Source: an uncultured Pseudomonadales bacterium (GTDB lineage: Bacteria > Patescibacteriota > Microgenomatia > UBA1400 > PJMF01). Taken from it: a DNA stretch of 64,000 nucleotides. Under the pieces are notes generated by a model, which was given only the letters and a program-made list of their open reading frames with translations, searched no databases and had not been told where the DNA came from. A program made the position numbers and the translations under genes. Positions 36,879 through 46,604 of the stretch are shown here, one piece after another (positions within the stretch are counted from its first letter, which is position 1; the number at the start of each line of letters is the position of its first letter). The stretch spans positions 64,062 through 128,061 of the forward strand of contig CAZBEW010000002.1 of the NCBI GenBank assembly GCA_964491115.1, read 5' to 3'.

Positions 36879-39038
36879 TTAATTATTATTGATGTTGTTT
36901 AAAAAATCTTGTTTTTCAAAATAGGCTGTTAAGAGAGATTGATAATCAAGCTGCTCTTCACTAATTTTTTTTGCTTCTTGGATGATTTTAAGATTGGTCC
37001 AAGAGGCAAATTGTAATTTATTAAAGCCACTTTGAGCACTGCCAAAAATGTCGCCGGCGCCCCTGTGTTGTAAATCAAGTTGTGCCAACTTAAAACCATC
37101 TTTTTCTTGTGCAAAAATTTGTAAACGTTTTTGGCTTTCCTGTCGATTCAATAAATTATTTGTAGCTGGTTCTGTTTGATGGGTACTAAACAACAAACAA
37201 TAACTTTCTTGTCCGGCACGGCCCACTCTGCCCCGCAATTGATGCAGGCTAGCCAAGCCAAAGCGCTCAGCAGCTTGAATAATTATGAAATCAGCATTGG
37301 GCAAATCAATACCTACTTCAATCATTGGCGTGCTGACTAAAATTTGAATGTCTTTTTTGTAAAGACGATCGATGATTGCTTGCTGTTCCTGTTTTTTGAG
37401 TCTTGAATGTAACACGGCAACTTTTAAGTGTTGGTTTTTAGCAAGACCTTCTTGCTGATAATATTTATTCAAGCTTGTTTCTAATTGTTCGAGACTGTTT
37501 TTGACTGCTGCCACATTTTCTAAAGCAGCATGTTGAGAGGGATCAATAAAAGGACAAACGATAAATGCTTGTTTATCTTTGGAGCTGAGTAATTGTTCTG
37601 CCAACCACATAATGGCAGCTTCTTCTTTTACTTGAGGAACTAACCAGCTTTTTGCGATTACCCTATTGCTTGGCATTTCATCAAGAATACTATTTTGCAA
37701 ATGAGCAAAAATAGTGAGCATTAAACTGCGCGGAATGGGAGTAGCGCTCATGGTTAAAAGATGAGCTTGATGACTTTGTCGTTGCTTAGTGCCAAAACGA
37801 TGTTGCTCGTCATAAATAATTAAAGCAGGCTTAATGATTTCTAGTTTATTGATTAAAGCGTGAGTACCAATATATAAAGTTGCTGAATCTAATTTAAAAT
37901 TTTTGCTTGTTTGAGCAGTAACTAATTGCACTTTTTGTTTAGGCAATAGGTTTTTAATACTTTGTAAATGTTGTTGCGCTAAGATTTGCGTCGGTGCTAT
38001 GAGGGCGGTATTGTGACCAGCCAAACAACAGTGCCAAGCAGCGATGGCTGCCACCGCGGTTTTACCGCTACCAACATCGCCGATTAAGAGTCGATTCATG
38101 GCAGTGGATTTTTGTAAATCAGCGCTAATTTCTTTAATGGCGGTTTGTTGAGCTTTGGTTAAAGTAAATGGTAAAGTGCTGGGGATGAGTTCTTGAGCAT
38201 TAATGGCAATTTGGGGAGCAGTGTGATTTTTTTGCCAATATTTTTTGAGTTGTTTTGCCTTATTAATTAGAAAAATTATTTCTTCTAGAGCCAATTGTTC
38301 TCGAGCTTGGATGATATCTTGACTTGATTGAGGAAAATGAAGGGCTTGAAAAAACTCTTGGACATTACTAAAAACTTGACTGGTGCTGTTTGAATTGGCA
38401 AGTTGCTTGGCAAGCAGTTGTTCTTGAGGATTTAAGTGATCAATAATTTCTTTTTGTAAACGGCGTAAACTGCCCTGTTTAAATGGAGTTAGTTGGCTAT
38501 AAATCGGCACCAAGCGCGCGGTGTGAGGGCTATCAGTAGTGATTGCTTCTAAATTGGCTTGCAGTAAACTACCATTTTTCCATTGACCAGAAGCATAGTA
38601 TTGTTGCTGACCATTTATTTTGTTTTTTAAAAATTTATTATTAAACCAAATAGCTGGTAACTCGCCACTTTGATCGACTAAAGTGGCACGAGCAATTAGT
38701 AGCCGCCCTTTATAATATTGTCGATAATCTTTGACCCTGACGACCAGTGTAAAAAACTCTTGTTTTGCTTGATAATTCTGCTCTTTTTTAGCAAATTTAT
38801 TAGCCTGTTGCTGATGATTTTCCTCCTTTTTTAGCTCAGGATTGACATCGTCAATTAATACTGAATTATGCAAGCGTTTGAGTTGGGCTATTGAAAAAAT
38901 TTGCGAGCGATCTTCATAGCGAATGGGCAAATAGAGCAAAAAATCCAAAATACTATTAATATTTTTTTTCGCTAAAACAGTAGTCCAGCTATCCCCTATT
39001 CCGTGGACCTTATCTAAAGCATGTGTGAGTTGGTACAT
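36879..39038 (-). CDS. recG: ATP-dependent DNA helicase RecG
   Basis: Walker A 'GDVGSGKTAVAA', 'DEQHRFG', the RecG wedge / OB N-terminal region, and a 719-aa length. Confidence 0.85.
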   Translation of the reverse strand: MYQLTHALDKVHGIGDSWTTVLAKKNINSILDFLLYLPIRYEDRSQIFSIAQLKRLHNSVLIDDVNPELKKEENHQQQANKFAKKEQNYQAKQEFFTLVVRVKDYRQYYKGRLLIARATLVDQSGELPAIWFNNKFLKNKINGQQQYYASGQWKNGSLLQANLEAITTDSPHTARLVPIYSQLTPFKQGSLRRLQKEIIDHLNPQEQLLAKQLANSNSTSQVFSNVQEFFQALHFPQSSQDIIQAREQLALEEIIFLINKAKQLKKYWQKNHTAPQIAINAQELIPSTLPFTLTKAQQTAIKEISADLQKSTAMNRLLIGDVGSGKTAVAAIAAWHCCLAGHNTALIAPTQILAQQHLQSIKNLLPKQKVQLVTAQTSKNFKLDSATLYIGTHALINKLEIIKPALIIYDEQHRFGTKQRQSHQAHLLTMSATPIPRSLMLTIFAHLQNSILDEMPSNRVIAKSWLVPQVKEEAAIMWLAEQLLSSKDKQAFIVCPFIDPSQHAALENVAAVKNSLEQLETSLNKYYQQEGLAKNQHLKVAVLHSRLKKQEQQAIIDRLYKKDIQILVSTPMIEVGIDLPNADFIIIQAAERFGLASLHQLRGRVGRAGQESYCLLFSTHQTEPATNNLLNRQESQKRLQIFAQEKDGFKLAQLDLQHRGAGDIFGSAQSGFNKLQFASWTNLKIIQEAKKISEEQLDYQSLLTAYFEKQDFLNNINNN

Positions 39039-39065
39039 AAAGACAGAGTTGGTTTTTTAGAATTT

Positions 39066-39176
39066 TTAGAAAAAGACAAAAAGCAGGCTGGCAAGACTAC
39101 TAAAAACTATAATTGCAATTCCAAAAATTACAAAAAAACGCACAATTTTTTCTCTTTTTTTTCGACTCAATGACAT
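39066..39176 (-). CDS. Possible 36-aa single-TM small protein (MSLSRKKREKIVRFFVIFGIAIIVFSSLASLLFVFF) between tyrS and recG
   Basis: Hand-translated minus-strand ORF with a basic N-terminus and a hydrophobic helix. It is too short for the ORF track and there is no homology evidence. Confidence 0.2.
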   Translation of the reverse strand: MSLSRKKREKIVRFFVIFGIAIIVFSSLASLLFVFF

Positions 39177-39179
39177 AAT

Positions 39180-40394
39180 TTATTTTTTGATTTTTAACTG
39201 ATAAAAACGATGTTTGCCAATTTTTAATTGACTATCATTGGCTAAGGCAAGTAATTCCTGCCAAGAATTAATGCTTTTTTGTTCAGGTAATAATTTGACT
39301 GCTCCTTGCTCCAATAAGCGTCCCAGCTCACTATTGCTAAAGATATTATTTGAGGAAGATAGTTGGCCATTTTTTTCATTAATTTCGATGACTAATTCAG
39401 TAAATTCTTCAAGATCAGGCGTAGCTTTATTTTGCACAATGGCTTGAAAGTGTTCACTGGCTTTAAGACTAGCTTCTTGATCATGTAAATCGGCAGTAAT
39501 TTGTTTGGCCAATTCTTTTTTGAATAACATGGGATTTTCTCCACGATCAAGGGCTTGCTTCATTTCTTGAATCTGAGCCATATCCACTCTGGTTAAAACT
39601 TCAAAATATTTAATGATTAAATCATCGCTAATGCTCATAATTTTGCCATAAATCTCTACGGGGCTATCCTCAAGAGCAATATAATTATTGAAAGACTTGC
39701 CCATTTTTCTACCATCGGTGCCTTCAATTAGAGGGGTGCTAAGCACCCATTTTTCTTTTTGTTGAAAAACATTTTGTAACTGTCGACCCATCAACATGTT
39801 AAAAGTTTGATCTCTACCACCAATTTCTAAATCGACGTCCATGACCACCGAATCATAACCCTGCAGCAAAGGGTAGATTATTTCGTGGGCATAGATTGGC
39901 AAATTTTTCTTTAAGCGATTTTGAAACATGTCTCGTTCTAATAATTGTTGAACGGTGGCTTTTGCCATTAATTTTAATAAATCACTGTAAGTCAGGCGAT
40001 CGAGCCAATCAGCATTGTGCCGAATTTCAATTAGCGAAAAATCTAAAATTTTACTTGCCTGTCTTTGCCAATTAGCAAAATTAGCATTAATTTCTTCATC
40101 ACTTAACATTGGTCGACTTTGATCGCGACCAGTGGGATCGCCAATTTTAACCGTGCCATTACCCACCAGGAGAATAACGCGATGACCAAGTTCTGCAAAG
40201 TCTTGTAGCTTACGCAAAGTTACGCTGTGCCCTAGGTGTAATTGGGAGCCTGTTGGATCAATACCAAGATAGAGCGTGATTACTCTTTCACTCATCAGTT
40301 TGGCTAAAGTCTCTTTCTTGGGCAAGATTTGCTCAACACCACGCTCAAGCACTTTATTAATTTCTTCTGGATTAGTATTTAATTTATTTGGCAT
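39180..40394 (-). CDS. tyrS: Tyrosine--tRNA ligase
   Basis: 'HLGH' (LHLGHSV) and 'KMGKS' class I motifs, and a C-terminal S4-like domain. Confidence 0.9.
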   Translation of the reverse strand: MPNKLNTNPEEINKVLERGVEQILPKKETLAKLMSERVITLYLGIDPTGSQLHLGHSVTLRKLQDFAELGHRVILLVGNGTVKIGDPTGRDQSRPMLSDEEINANFANWQRQASKILDFSLIEIRHNADWLDRLTYSDLLKLMAKATVQQLLERDMFQNRLKKNLPIYAHEIIYPLLQGYDSVVMDVDLEIGGRDQTFNMLMGRQLQNVFQQKEKWVLSTPLIEGTDGRKMGKSFNNYIALEDSPVEIYGKIMSISDDLIIKYFEVLTRVDMAQIQEMKQALDRGENPMLFKKELAKQITADLHDQEASLKASEHFQAIVQNKATPDLEEFTELVIEINEKNGQLSSSNNIFSNSELGRLLEQGAVKLLPEQKSINSWQELLALANDSQLKIGKHRFYQLKIKK

Positions 40395-40441
40395 AGAATC
40401 GTTTTATTGTAGCATGTGGATAAGTTTGGTAGAATGGCGAC

Positions 40442-43342
40442 ATGGATGATCTGCCTAAGCAAACACCATCAGGCGAAGCATCGCCTGAGCAAATAATACG
40501 CAGCGAAGAAGATAAGGCACCTGAGGAGCATGTGACAGCAGAGGAACCCACGGCAGCAGCTCCTCAAAGGCAAATTTCTTTGTGGCGTCGCTTACAATGG
40601 TTGTTAAGACGCATCAAAACAAAATTAGCAATTTATTGGGAAAACTTTTTATATTTAATTATGCCAAAAAGAAGACGTTTAAGTCGTAGACAATTGAGTC
40701 CGAGCGAAAAGAAATTAAGAAGAATTAAAACTTTGCGAATTTTGGCAATTGCCTTTTGTGCGCTGGTTGTTGTAGGCATAATTGCTTTTTTTGTCATGTT
40801 TATTTGGTTCTCTAAAGACTTGCCAAAGCCAGGAGAGGTCATTAGAAGAGATGGCTATAGCAGTAAAATTCTCGATCGTGATGGCCAAATTTTATATGAT
40901 TTGTTTAAAGAAGAACGGCGCCAGCCGAGTCGTATTGAAGACATTCCCGAAGTGCTAAAAAATGCCACCATTGCCATTGAAGATCGCGATTTTTATAAAC
41001 ACAGTGGTTTTGATTTTTTAACCATTTTGCGTATTCCTTACAACTTTATTTTTAGGGGACGAGTGATTGGTGGTTCTACTCTTACCCAACAATTGGTAAA
41101 AAATGCCTTACTAACTAATGAACGCAGTATTGCTCGTAAGTTTAAAGAATTGGTTTTATCAATTCAAATTGAACGAAAATTTAGTAAAGATGAAATTTTA
41201 ACCATGTACCTCAACGAGGCACCTTATGGTGGTAATATTTGGGGGGTGGCCACGGCTGTAGAGGCTTATTTCAACAAGCCAATGAGCGAATTAACATTGG
41301 TCGAAAGTGCTTTTTTAGCTGGTCTGCCTCAGCGACCTAGTGTTTATTCTCCATATTCTTCACGTGTAGATGACAATGGTGAGCCATTTTGGAAAATGCG
41401 CACCACAGCAGTACTTAATGCAATGAAGGAGAATGACTACATTTCTAAAGAAGAACAGCAACAGGCATTAAGTGAATTAGATAATTTAACTTTTAATCGA
41501 ACGATTAGTGAGATCAAGGCTCCACACTTTGTCTTTTATGTGCAAAGACAGCTTGAAGAGCTTTTTGGCGAAGAATTATTATCAACAGGTGGCATTAAAG
41601 TTACCACAACTCTCGATTGGGAATTGCAAGAACTAGCTCAAACGGTGGTGGCTGAAGAAGTTGAGGCAGTGAATAAATACGAAATTAGCAACGGCGCAGC
41701 TTTGGCTCTTAACCCTCAGTCTGGAGAAATTTTAGCGATGGTCGGTAGTAAAGATTATTTTGATGATGATATTGGTGGTCAATTTAATGTGGTAGTGGAT
41801 GGTTTGAGACAGCCTGGATCAGCGATTAAGCCAATTACTTATTTAGGCATGATTAGGCGTGGCTTTAGTCCTGCCCACATGCTTATGGATGTGCAAACTA
41901 CTTTTATACGCAATGAAGCTGAAACGCCCTATACACCAAAAAATTATGATGGTGTGTTTCGTGGTCCTGTGAGTTTGCGCCAGTCCTTGGGTAGTTCCTT
42001 AAATATTCCAGCGGTTAAATCACTAGCCACCGTTGGTTTAGAAGAATTTTTAACTTTAGCTTACAACATGGGTTTGGAAACTTTTGAACCGAATCAAGCA
42101 AATTTACAGCGTTTTGGTTTAGCTTTGACTCTTGGCGGTGGCGAAGTTTACATGCTTGATTTAGGTAATGCTTATAGTGTTTTTGCCAATGGCGGCAGGA
42201 AAACTGAGCCAGTAGCAATTTTGAAAGTTGAAGATAATGAGGGAAAAGTTTTATATGAGTATAAAAAAACTCAAGGTAAAAAAATAATTGAAGAGGGCGA
42301 AGCATTTTTAATTAATCATATGCTCTCAGATAATAATGCTCGCATCTTAGCCTTTGGTGCTAATTCTCTCTTAAATACTGGTCGACCAATTGCTGTGAAA
42401 ACTGGAACTACCAACGATATGAAAGACAACTGGACAATTGGTTGGAGTAGCGATATTTTAGTGGCAACTTGGGTGGGTAATAATGACAATACCTCAATGA
42501 GTTATGTAGCTTCAGGTATTACTGGAGCTTCACCAATTTGGCGCCGCATTATTTTGGGCTCGCTGGACATGGGTTATTTAGCTCCTGAATGGGAAGTTCC
42601 AGATTCTGTTGAATTGGTTGAGCTTGACGCAATTTCTGGCTATCCAAAACATGATGATTTTCCCAGTAAATCTGATTATGTCATCAAGGGAACGCTAGCT
42701 ACTTCCCCAGATCCTATTCATCTTTTAGAAAAAGTTTGTAGAGGGGAAAATGATAAATTAGCTACTGAAGCGAAAATTGCTGCCGGTAATTATGACAGAC
42801 GAGAATTCATTTATGCTAAAGAATACGACCCTTTTAGTGAAGATGGGCAAAATCGTTGGCAGATCGGCATTGATGCGTGGATTGCCAGTCAAGATGATTC
42901 ACGCTATCACTTCCCCACCGAATATTGTGGTGATTTAGAAGATGTGAGTGTTAGATTAAGAAAGCCCGATGATAAACAAAACTTTAAAGATCGAGAAGTT
43001 GAGATTGAAATTCGCTCAGGGAGTAATGATGGTGTCAAAAAATTAGAGCTCTACGTCAATGATAAGCTCTTAGAAACCATCGAGGGTAAAAGTGAATATC
43101 GAGGCAAAATTAATTTGGCGCCTGGTAAGTATGAGCTTTATGCTAAGGCCTATGCAAAAAATAATGAAGTAAAAACCAGTAGCAAAGTGAGAATTGGTGT
43201 TGGCGGTATTGCTTGGGATTATGTTGAACCAACCCCAACTTCACAGCCCAGTCCAACTCCAAAACCAAGTAAAGCACCGGAGCCGACTGCAGCGCCTACA
43301 GGACTAGCGCCGACTGTTCCTCCAACTGAGGGCAATGACTAG
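40442..43342 (+). CDS. Bifunctional penicillin-binding protein 1A (glycosyltransferase + transpeptidase) with an N-terminal basic extension and a C-terminal Ig-like domain plus PT-rich tail
   Basis: GT51 motifs 'EDRDFYKHSGFD' and 'GGSTLTQQL', transpeptidase 'SAIKP', 'SLN' and 'KTGT' motifs, and the tail 'PTPTSQPSPTPKPSKAPEPTAAPTGLAPTVPPTEGND'. Confidence 0.85.
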   Translation: MDDLPKQTPSGEASPEQIIRSEEDKAPEEHVTAEEPTAAAPQRQISLWRRLQWLLRRIKTKLAIYWENFLYLIMPKRRRLSRRQLSPSEKKLRRIKTLRILAIAFCALVVVGIIAFFVMFIWFSKDLPKPGEVIRRDGYSSKILDRDGQILYDLFKEERRQPSRIEDIPEVLKNATIAIEDRDFYKHSGFDFLTILRIPYNFIFRGRVIGGSTLTQQLVKNALLTNERSIARKFKELVLSIQIERKFSKDEILTMYLNEAPYGGNIWGVATAVEAYFNKPMSELTLVESAFLAGLPQRPSVYSPYSSRVDDNGEPFWKMRTTAVLNAMKENDYISKEEQQQALSELDNLTFNRTISEIKAPHFVFYVQRQLEELFGEELLSTGGIKVTTTLDWELQELAQTVVAEEVEAVNKYEISNGAALALNPQSGEILAMVGSKDYFDDDIGGQFNVVVDGLRQPGSAIKPITYLGMIRRGFSPAHMLMDVQTTFIRNEAETPYTPKNYDGVFRGPVSLRQSLGSSLNIPAVKSLATVGLEEFLTLAYNMGLETFEPNQANLQRFGLALTLGGGEVYMLDLGNAYSVFANGGRKTEPVAILKVEDNEGKVLYEYKKTQGKKIIEEGEAFLINHMLSDNNARILAFGANSLLNTGRPIAVKTGTTNDMKDNWTIGWSSDILVATWVGNNDNTSMSYVASGITGASPIWRRIILGSLDMGYLAPEWEVPDSVELVELDAISGYPKHDDFPSKSDYVIKGTLATSPDPIHLLEKVCRGENDKLATEAKIAAGNYDRREFIYAKEYDPFSEDGQNRWQIGIDAWIASQDDSRYHFPTEYCGDLEDVSVRLRKPDDKQNFKDREVEIEIRSGSNDGVKKLELYVNDKLLETIEGKSEYRGKINLAPGKYELYAKAYAKNNEVKTSSKVRIGVGGIAWDYVEPTPTSQPSPTPKPSKAPEPTAAPTGLAPTVPPTEGND

Positions 43343-44596
43343 GAGCCAGCTGGCTAGCCCAATTACTTGCGTAATTAAATAATGATCCAAGGCAAAAATT
43401 GGGCTGAGAATTAATAATTTTGACCAAGCAATTTGTGTTCTGAATTTCCAAGCCAGCAATAATAAGAAAGCAAGAGCGATAAGTCCCCCTTCGCTGAGCA
43501 ACAACAGTCCCCCATGATGCACTGGCTGAATAAAGCGCACAATCTCTCGATTTTGACTATAATTTTCAACTTCTTTGACGTAATTGTTAAGTCCTACACC
43601 AAAAATTGTTTGCTCCTTAAACATGGCCCAAGCAGCAGTGTTTAGCGTGGCTCGTCGCGAAATTGAGGGATATTCTTTATCTAAATTGAGCTCTAATTGT
43701 TTAATGATTAGTGGAGTAAAAATGAACAATATAATTAAAGAAAAATTAAAAAATTTTAAGTAAGTATTTGTTTGCTTATTTGTAGCACGACGCTTAATAA
43801 ATGAATAAATTAAGAAAAGACAAAGAGTAAGAAAAGCTGATAAAGATTGAGTTAAGACAATAATTACTAAAGCATTAAGTAGTAGTAGGCTGGAAATTAG
43901 TGGTTTTTTATTTTTATCATCAAGGACGATCATGGTAAAAATACTGATTATTCCAGCCAAAATGTTGGGATGAGCGGTACTAGCATAGGGCAAAATTTTT
44001 TCTTGATTGAAAAATTGAGCGCGACTAATGACAGCGAAATGGCTCAAGTCTGGTTCGCCAAAAAATTGATAGGGAGCCAAAGATCGCTGCATAAAAAATT
44101 GATAATAAGCGAGAAAACTTAGCCAAAGTATCGAGCCTAATAAAGCTTTTCTCACAATTAATTGTTTTTTTTGATCCATGTAAATACTGATCACAAAAAT
44201 AATCATCAGCACTAAGCGCAGTAGATAAATAATGGCAGCTAAATTAATGTGCAGGAATTGTTTGATTAAAAATATAGCCAGCAACAATAAAATTAATTGA
44301 TCAATTTTTTTTAATTTTATTTTAATTTTTTTTAGTTTTGAAAAGTTTTTTTTGTTAAATAAAAAAATTAATAAATTAACAACTAATAAACAATCAAATA
44401 AATATATTTTAGGGATCAAATAATCAACTAATAAACCTTTGAGGTAAGCCTGATCAACAGCAAATTTAAAAAATAAATTACTGCTTAGACTAAAGATAGT
44501 AAAAAATAATAACAGTTGTTTAAATTTTTCCCACCAACTGTGCTTGAAATTTTTTCTTTGCCAAACTGACCACTTGTTGGCGAATTGGTTCAACAT
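43304..44596 (-). CDS. Polytopic membrane protein, O-antigen ligase / Wzy-like candidate. The annotated start overlaps pheT by 77 nt, so the real start is probably internal or non-ATG.
   Basis: About 10 to 12 hydrophobic helices with a larger loop near the C-terminus. Very AT-rich. Confidence 0.35.
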   Translation of the reverse strand: MLNQFANKWSVWQRKNFKHSWWEKFKQLLLFFTIFSLSSNLFFKFAVDQAYLKGLLVDYLIPKIYLFDCLLVVNLLIFLFNKKNFSKLKKIKIKLKKIDQLILLLLAIFLIKQFLHINLAAIIYLLRLVLMIIFVISIYMDQKKQLIVRKALLGSILWLSFLAYYQFFMQRSLAPYQFFGEPDLSHFAVISRAQFFNQEKILPYASTAHPNILAGIISIFTMIVLDDKNKKPLISSLLLLNALVIIVLTQSLSAFLTLCLFLIYSFIKRRATNKQTNTYLKFFNFSLIILFIFTPLIIKQLELNLDKEYPSISRRATLNTAAWAMFKEQTIFGVGLNNYVKEVENYSQNREIVRFIQPVHHGGLLLLSEGGLIALAFLLLLAWKFRTQIAWSKLLILSPIFALDHYLITQVIGLASWLLVIALSWRNSRR

Positions 44597-46577
44597 CTTC
44601 TGTACTTAAATTTTTATTATTATCTTGATAAATAATAGCAAAAGTATAATTGTCTTGATAAACATTGACTAAAGTAAAATCTTTAATATCTTTGTGGCTT
44701 TTAATCAGGGTGCTGATAAAATCACCAACTGCGACTGGTTTTTTTAAGGTGAAAGTGAGCTGTTCAATAATTTGCGCATACTGATTACTTTTCTGATAAT
44801 GAGGATAAAAATTAACAACTTTTAATAAATTATTTAATTTAATTTCGATACCAACCAAGCCATCTGCAAAAAGATGTAAATGCCCAAGCACTAATCGCTC
44901 TTGGGGTTTTTTAATAATTAATTTAGCACTTTGCTGATAAATGCTATGATTTTTAGTCATGATTTCTTCAACATCTAAGTCCACCACTTTTTTTTCTAAA
45001 ATGAAAAATTGATTGAGCAATAATTCAAGATCGCCTTTGACTTGACGAAAATTTTTCCTACTGAGCATGGCTAAATAGCTGTCCTGTTTGGGTAGTGCGT
45101 TTTTTTGTGGATGATAAGTTTTAGCAATTTCAAATAATTGCCAATCATGATTTTGCGGATTACCGTGCATGATGCTGATTAGAGAAGGCAAAATTGAACG
45201 ACGGAGATAAACATTTTCTTCTTTAAGTGGATTACTTAATTTCAGATGGCTGGCCAAAGAGTAACCCGACATTAAGGCTTCCTGATCACTAACCAATGAA
45301 TAGCTGTAGATTTCTTGCCAAGCCAAATGGCTTAAAAAGCTTTTAATTCGACTTTCAACTTGAAAAAACTTTTGCTGAGGACGCTCGCTTGGCAATTGGC
45401 CAGCCATTAATTGGCTAGGCAAATTATGATAACCGTAAATTCGAGCAATTTCTTCAATAATATCAGCGGGAATTTCTAAGTCAGATCGGTAAGTTGGAGC
45501 GAGAATGACAAATTGTTCTGTCTGCTTGTCTTTATTTGCCTGCTTGTCTTTAGTAAGTGTTACTTGGCAATCAAGATCTCTTAAAATCGCTATTATTTCC
45601 CTTTTGGGCAACTCAATACCTAAATAGTCCTTAATTAATTGACTATTAACTATAATTTTATTTCCGGATTTTTGATCGGGAAAATAATCATAAACTGGAC
45701 TAGCAACTTTAGCTTTAGCTATTTTTTCAAATAAATAAACAGCATAGCGAAGGACTTTTTCAGCCAAATAAGGATCAACATTTTTTTCATTGAGTTGAGC
45801 GGCTGTGGTGCGAATCGCTTGAATCATTGAAGCATATCTCACTTTATGAGCATCTAAGGACTCGATCCAAAATAATACATTTTTAGTGTTCTGATCGATG
45901 CCAGTATTAAGTGTTCCCTTCACTGCTGGCAAATCAATAATTTCTCCAGCACTATTTTCAAAAACAATTTCTCCACCCACTGTATGATGAACTTCTTTAT
46001 CTAAAGTGATGAATTTTTTTCCTGGTTTAGCTTCTCTAATAATAATTTTGCCACCCATTTGCATAATTTTGTCGTAATCAAAAACATGACAAGGATGACC
46101 CAATTCATGAGTGACGTAATTGGTAATATCAACGACTGCATCGTGCACATTAATTGCCACCGCTTGTAAACGATCTTGAATGTATTGAGGACTGTTTTGT
46201 TGGGTGATATCACTTAAAACAACAGCCATCACCCTTCTTACACCTTCAGTTTCATAAATAATTTCTGGCAAAGCCAAGTGGCGCTGGGGGTGTTGTTTAA
46301 CGCTTGGCCAATTTTTTTTAATCATGCGCGCTGTATAGCCAGCTCTATTTAAAATAGTCGTGGCTTCTCGGGCAATGCCCTCGATTGACATCATATCAAC
46401 GCGATTAGTACTAACTTCAATATCGTAAACGTAGTCTTTTTGACCACTAGCTAGTTTGACAGTGTTTAAGCGTTCAACAGAAGGACCACTCAAAGAGAGA
46501 TATTTTTGAATATCTTTGGCTTGTGCTTTACTGGATAAATATTCACCCAGCCAACTATGTGGTATTAAAATATTCAT
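44520..46577 (-). CDS. pheT: Phenylalanine--tRNA ligase beta subunit lacking the N-terminal OB-fold tRNA-binding domain
   Basis: The 'MNILIPHSWLGEYL' start is typical of PheT. B3/B4, B5 and the class II-like core are present. The sequence aligns to E. coli PheT with the roughly 100-aa tRNA_bind domain skipped. Confidence 0.85.
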   Translation of the reverse strand: MNILIPHSWLGEYLSSKAQAKDIQKYLSLSGPSVERLNTVKLASGQKDYVYDIEVSTNRVDMMSIEGIAREATTILNRAGYTARMIKKNWPSVKQHPQRHLALPEIIYETEGVRRVMAVVLSDITQQNSPQYIQDRLQAVAINVHDAVVDITNYVTHELGHPCHVFDYDKIMQMGGKIIIREAKPGKKFITLDKEVHHTVGGEIVFENSAGEIIDLPAVKGTLNTGIDQNTKNVLFWIESLDAHKVRYASMIQAIRTTAAQLNEKNVDPYLAEKVLRYAVYLFEKIAKAKVASPVYDYFPDQKSGNKIIVNSQLIKDYLGIELPKREIIAILRDLDCQVTLTKDKQANKDKQTEQFVILAPTYRSDLEIPADIIEEIARIYGYHNLPSQLMAGQLPSERPQQKFFQVESRIKSFLSHLAWQEIYSYSLVSDQEALMSGYSLASHLKLSNPLKEENVYLRRSILPSLISIMHGNPQNHDWQLFEIAKTYHPQKNALPKQDSYLAMLSRKNFRQVKGDLELLLNQFFILEKKVVDLDVEEIMTKNHSIYQQSAKLIIKKPQERLVLGHLHLFADGLVGIEIKLNNLLKVVNFYPHYQKSNQYAQIIEQLTFTLKKPVAVGDFISTLIKSHKDIKDFTLVNVYQDNYTFAIIYQDNNKNLSTEDVEPIRQQVVSLAKKKFQAQLVGKI

Positions 46578-46604
46578 GAATCCTTTATTATCTGCATTGT
46601 TCTT

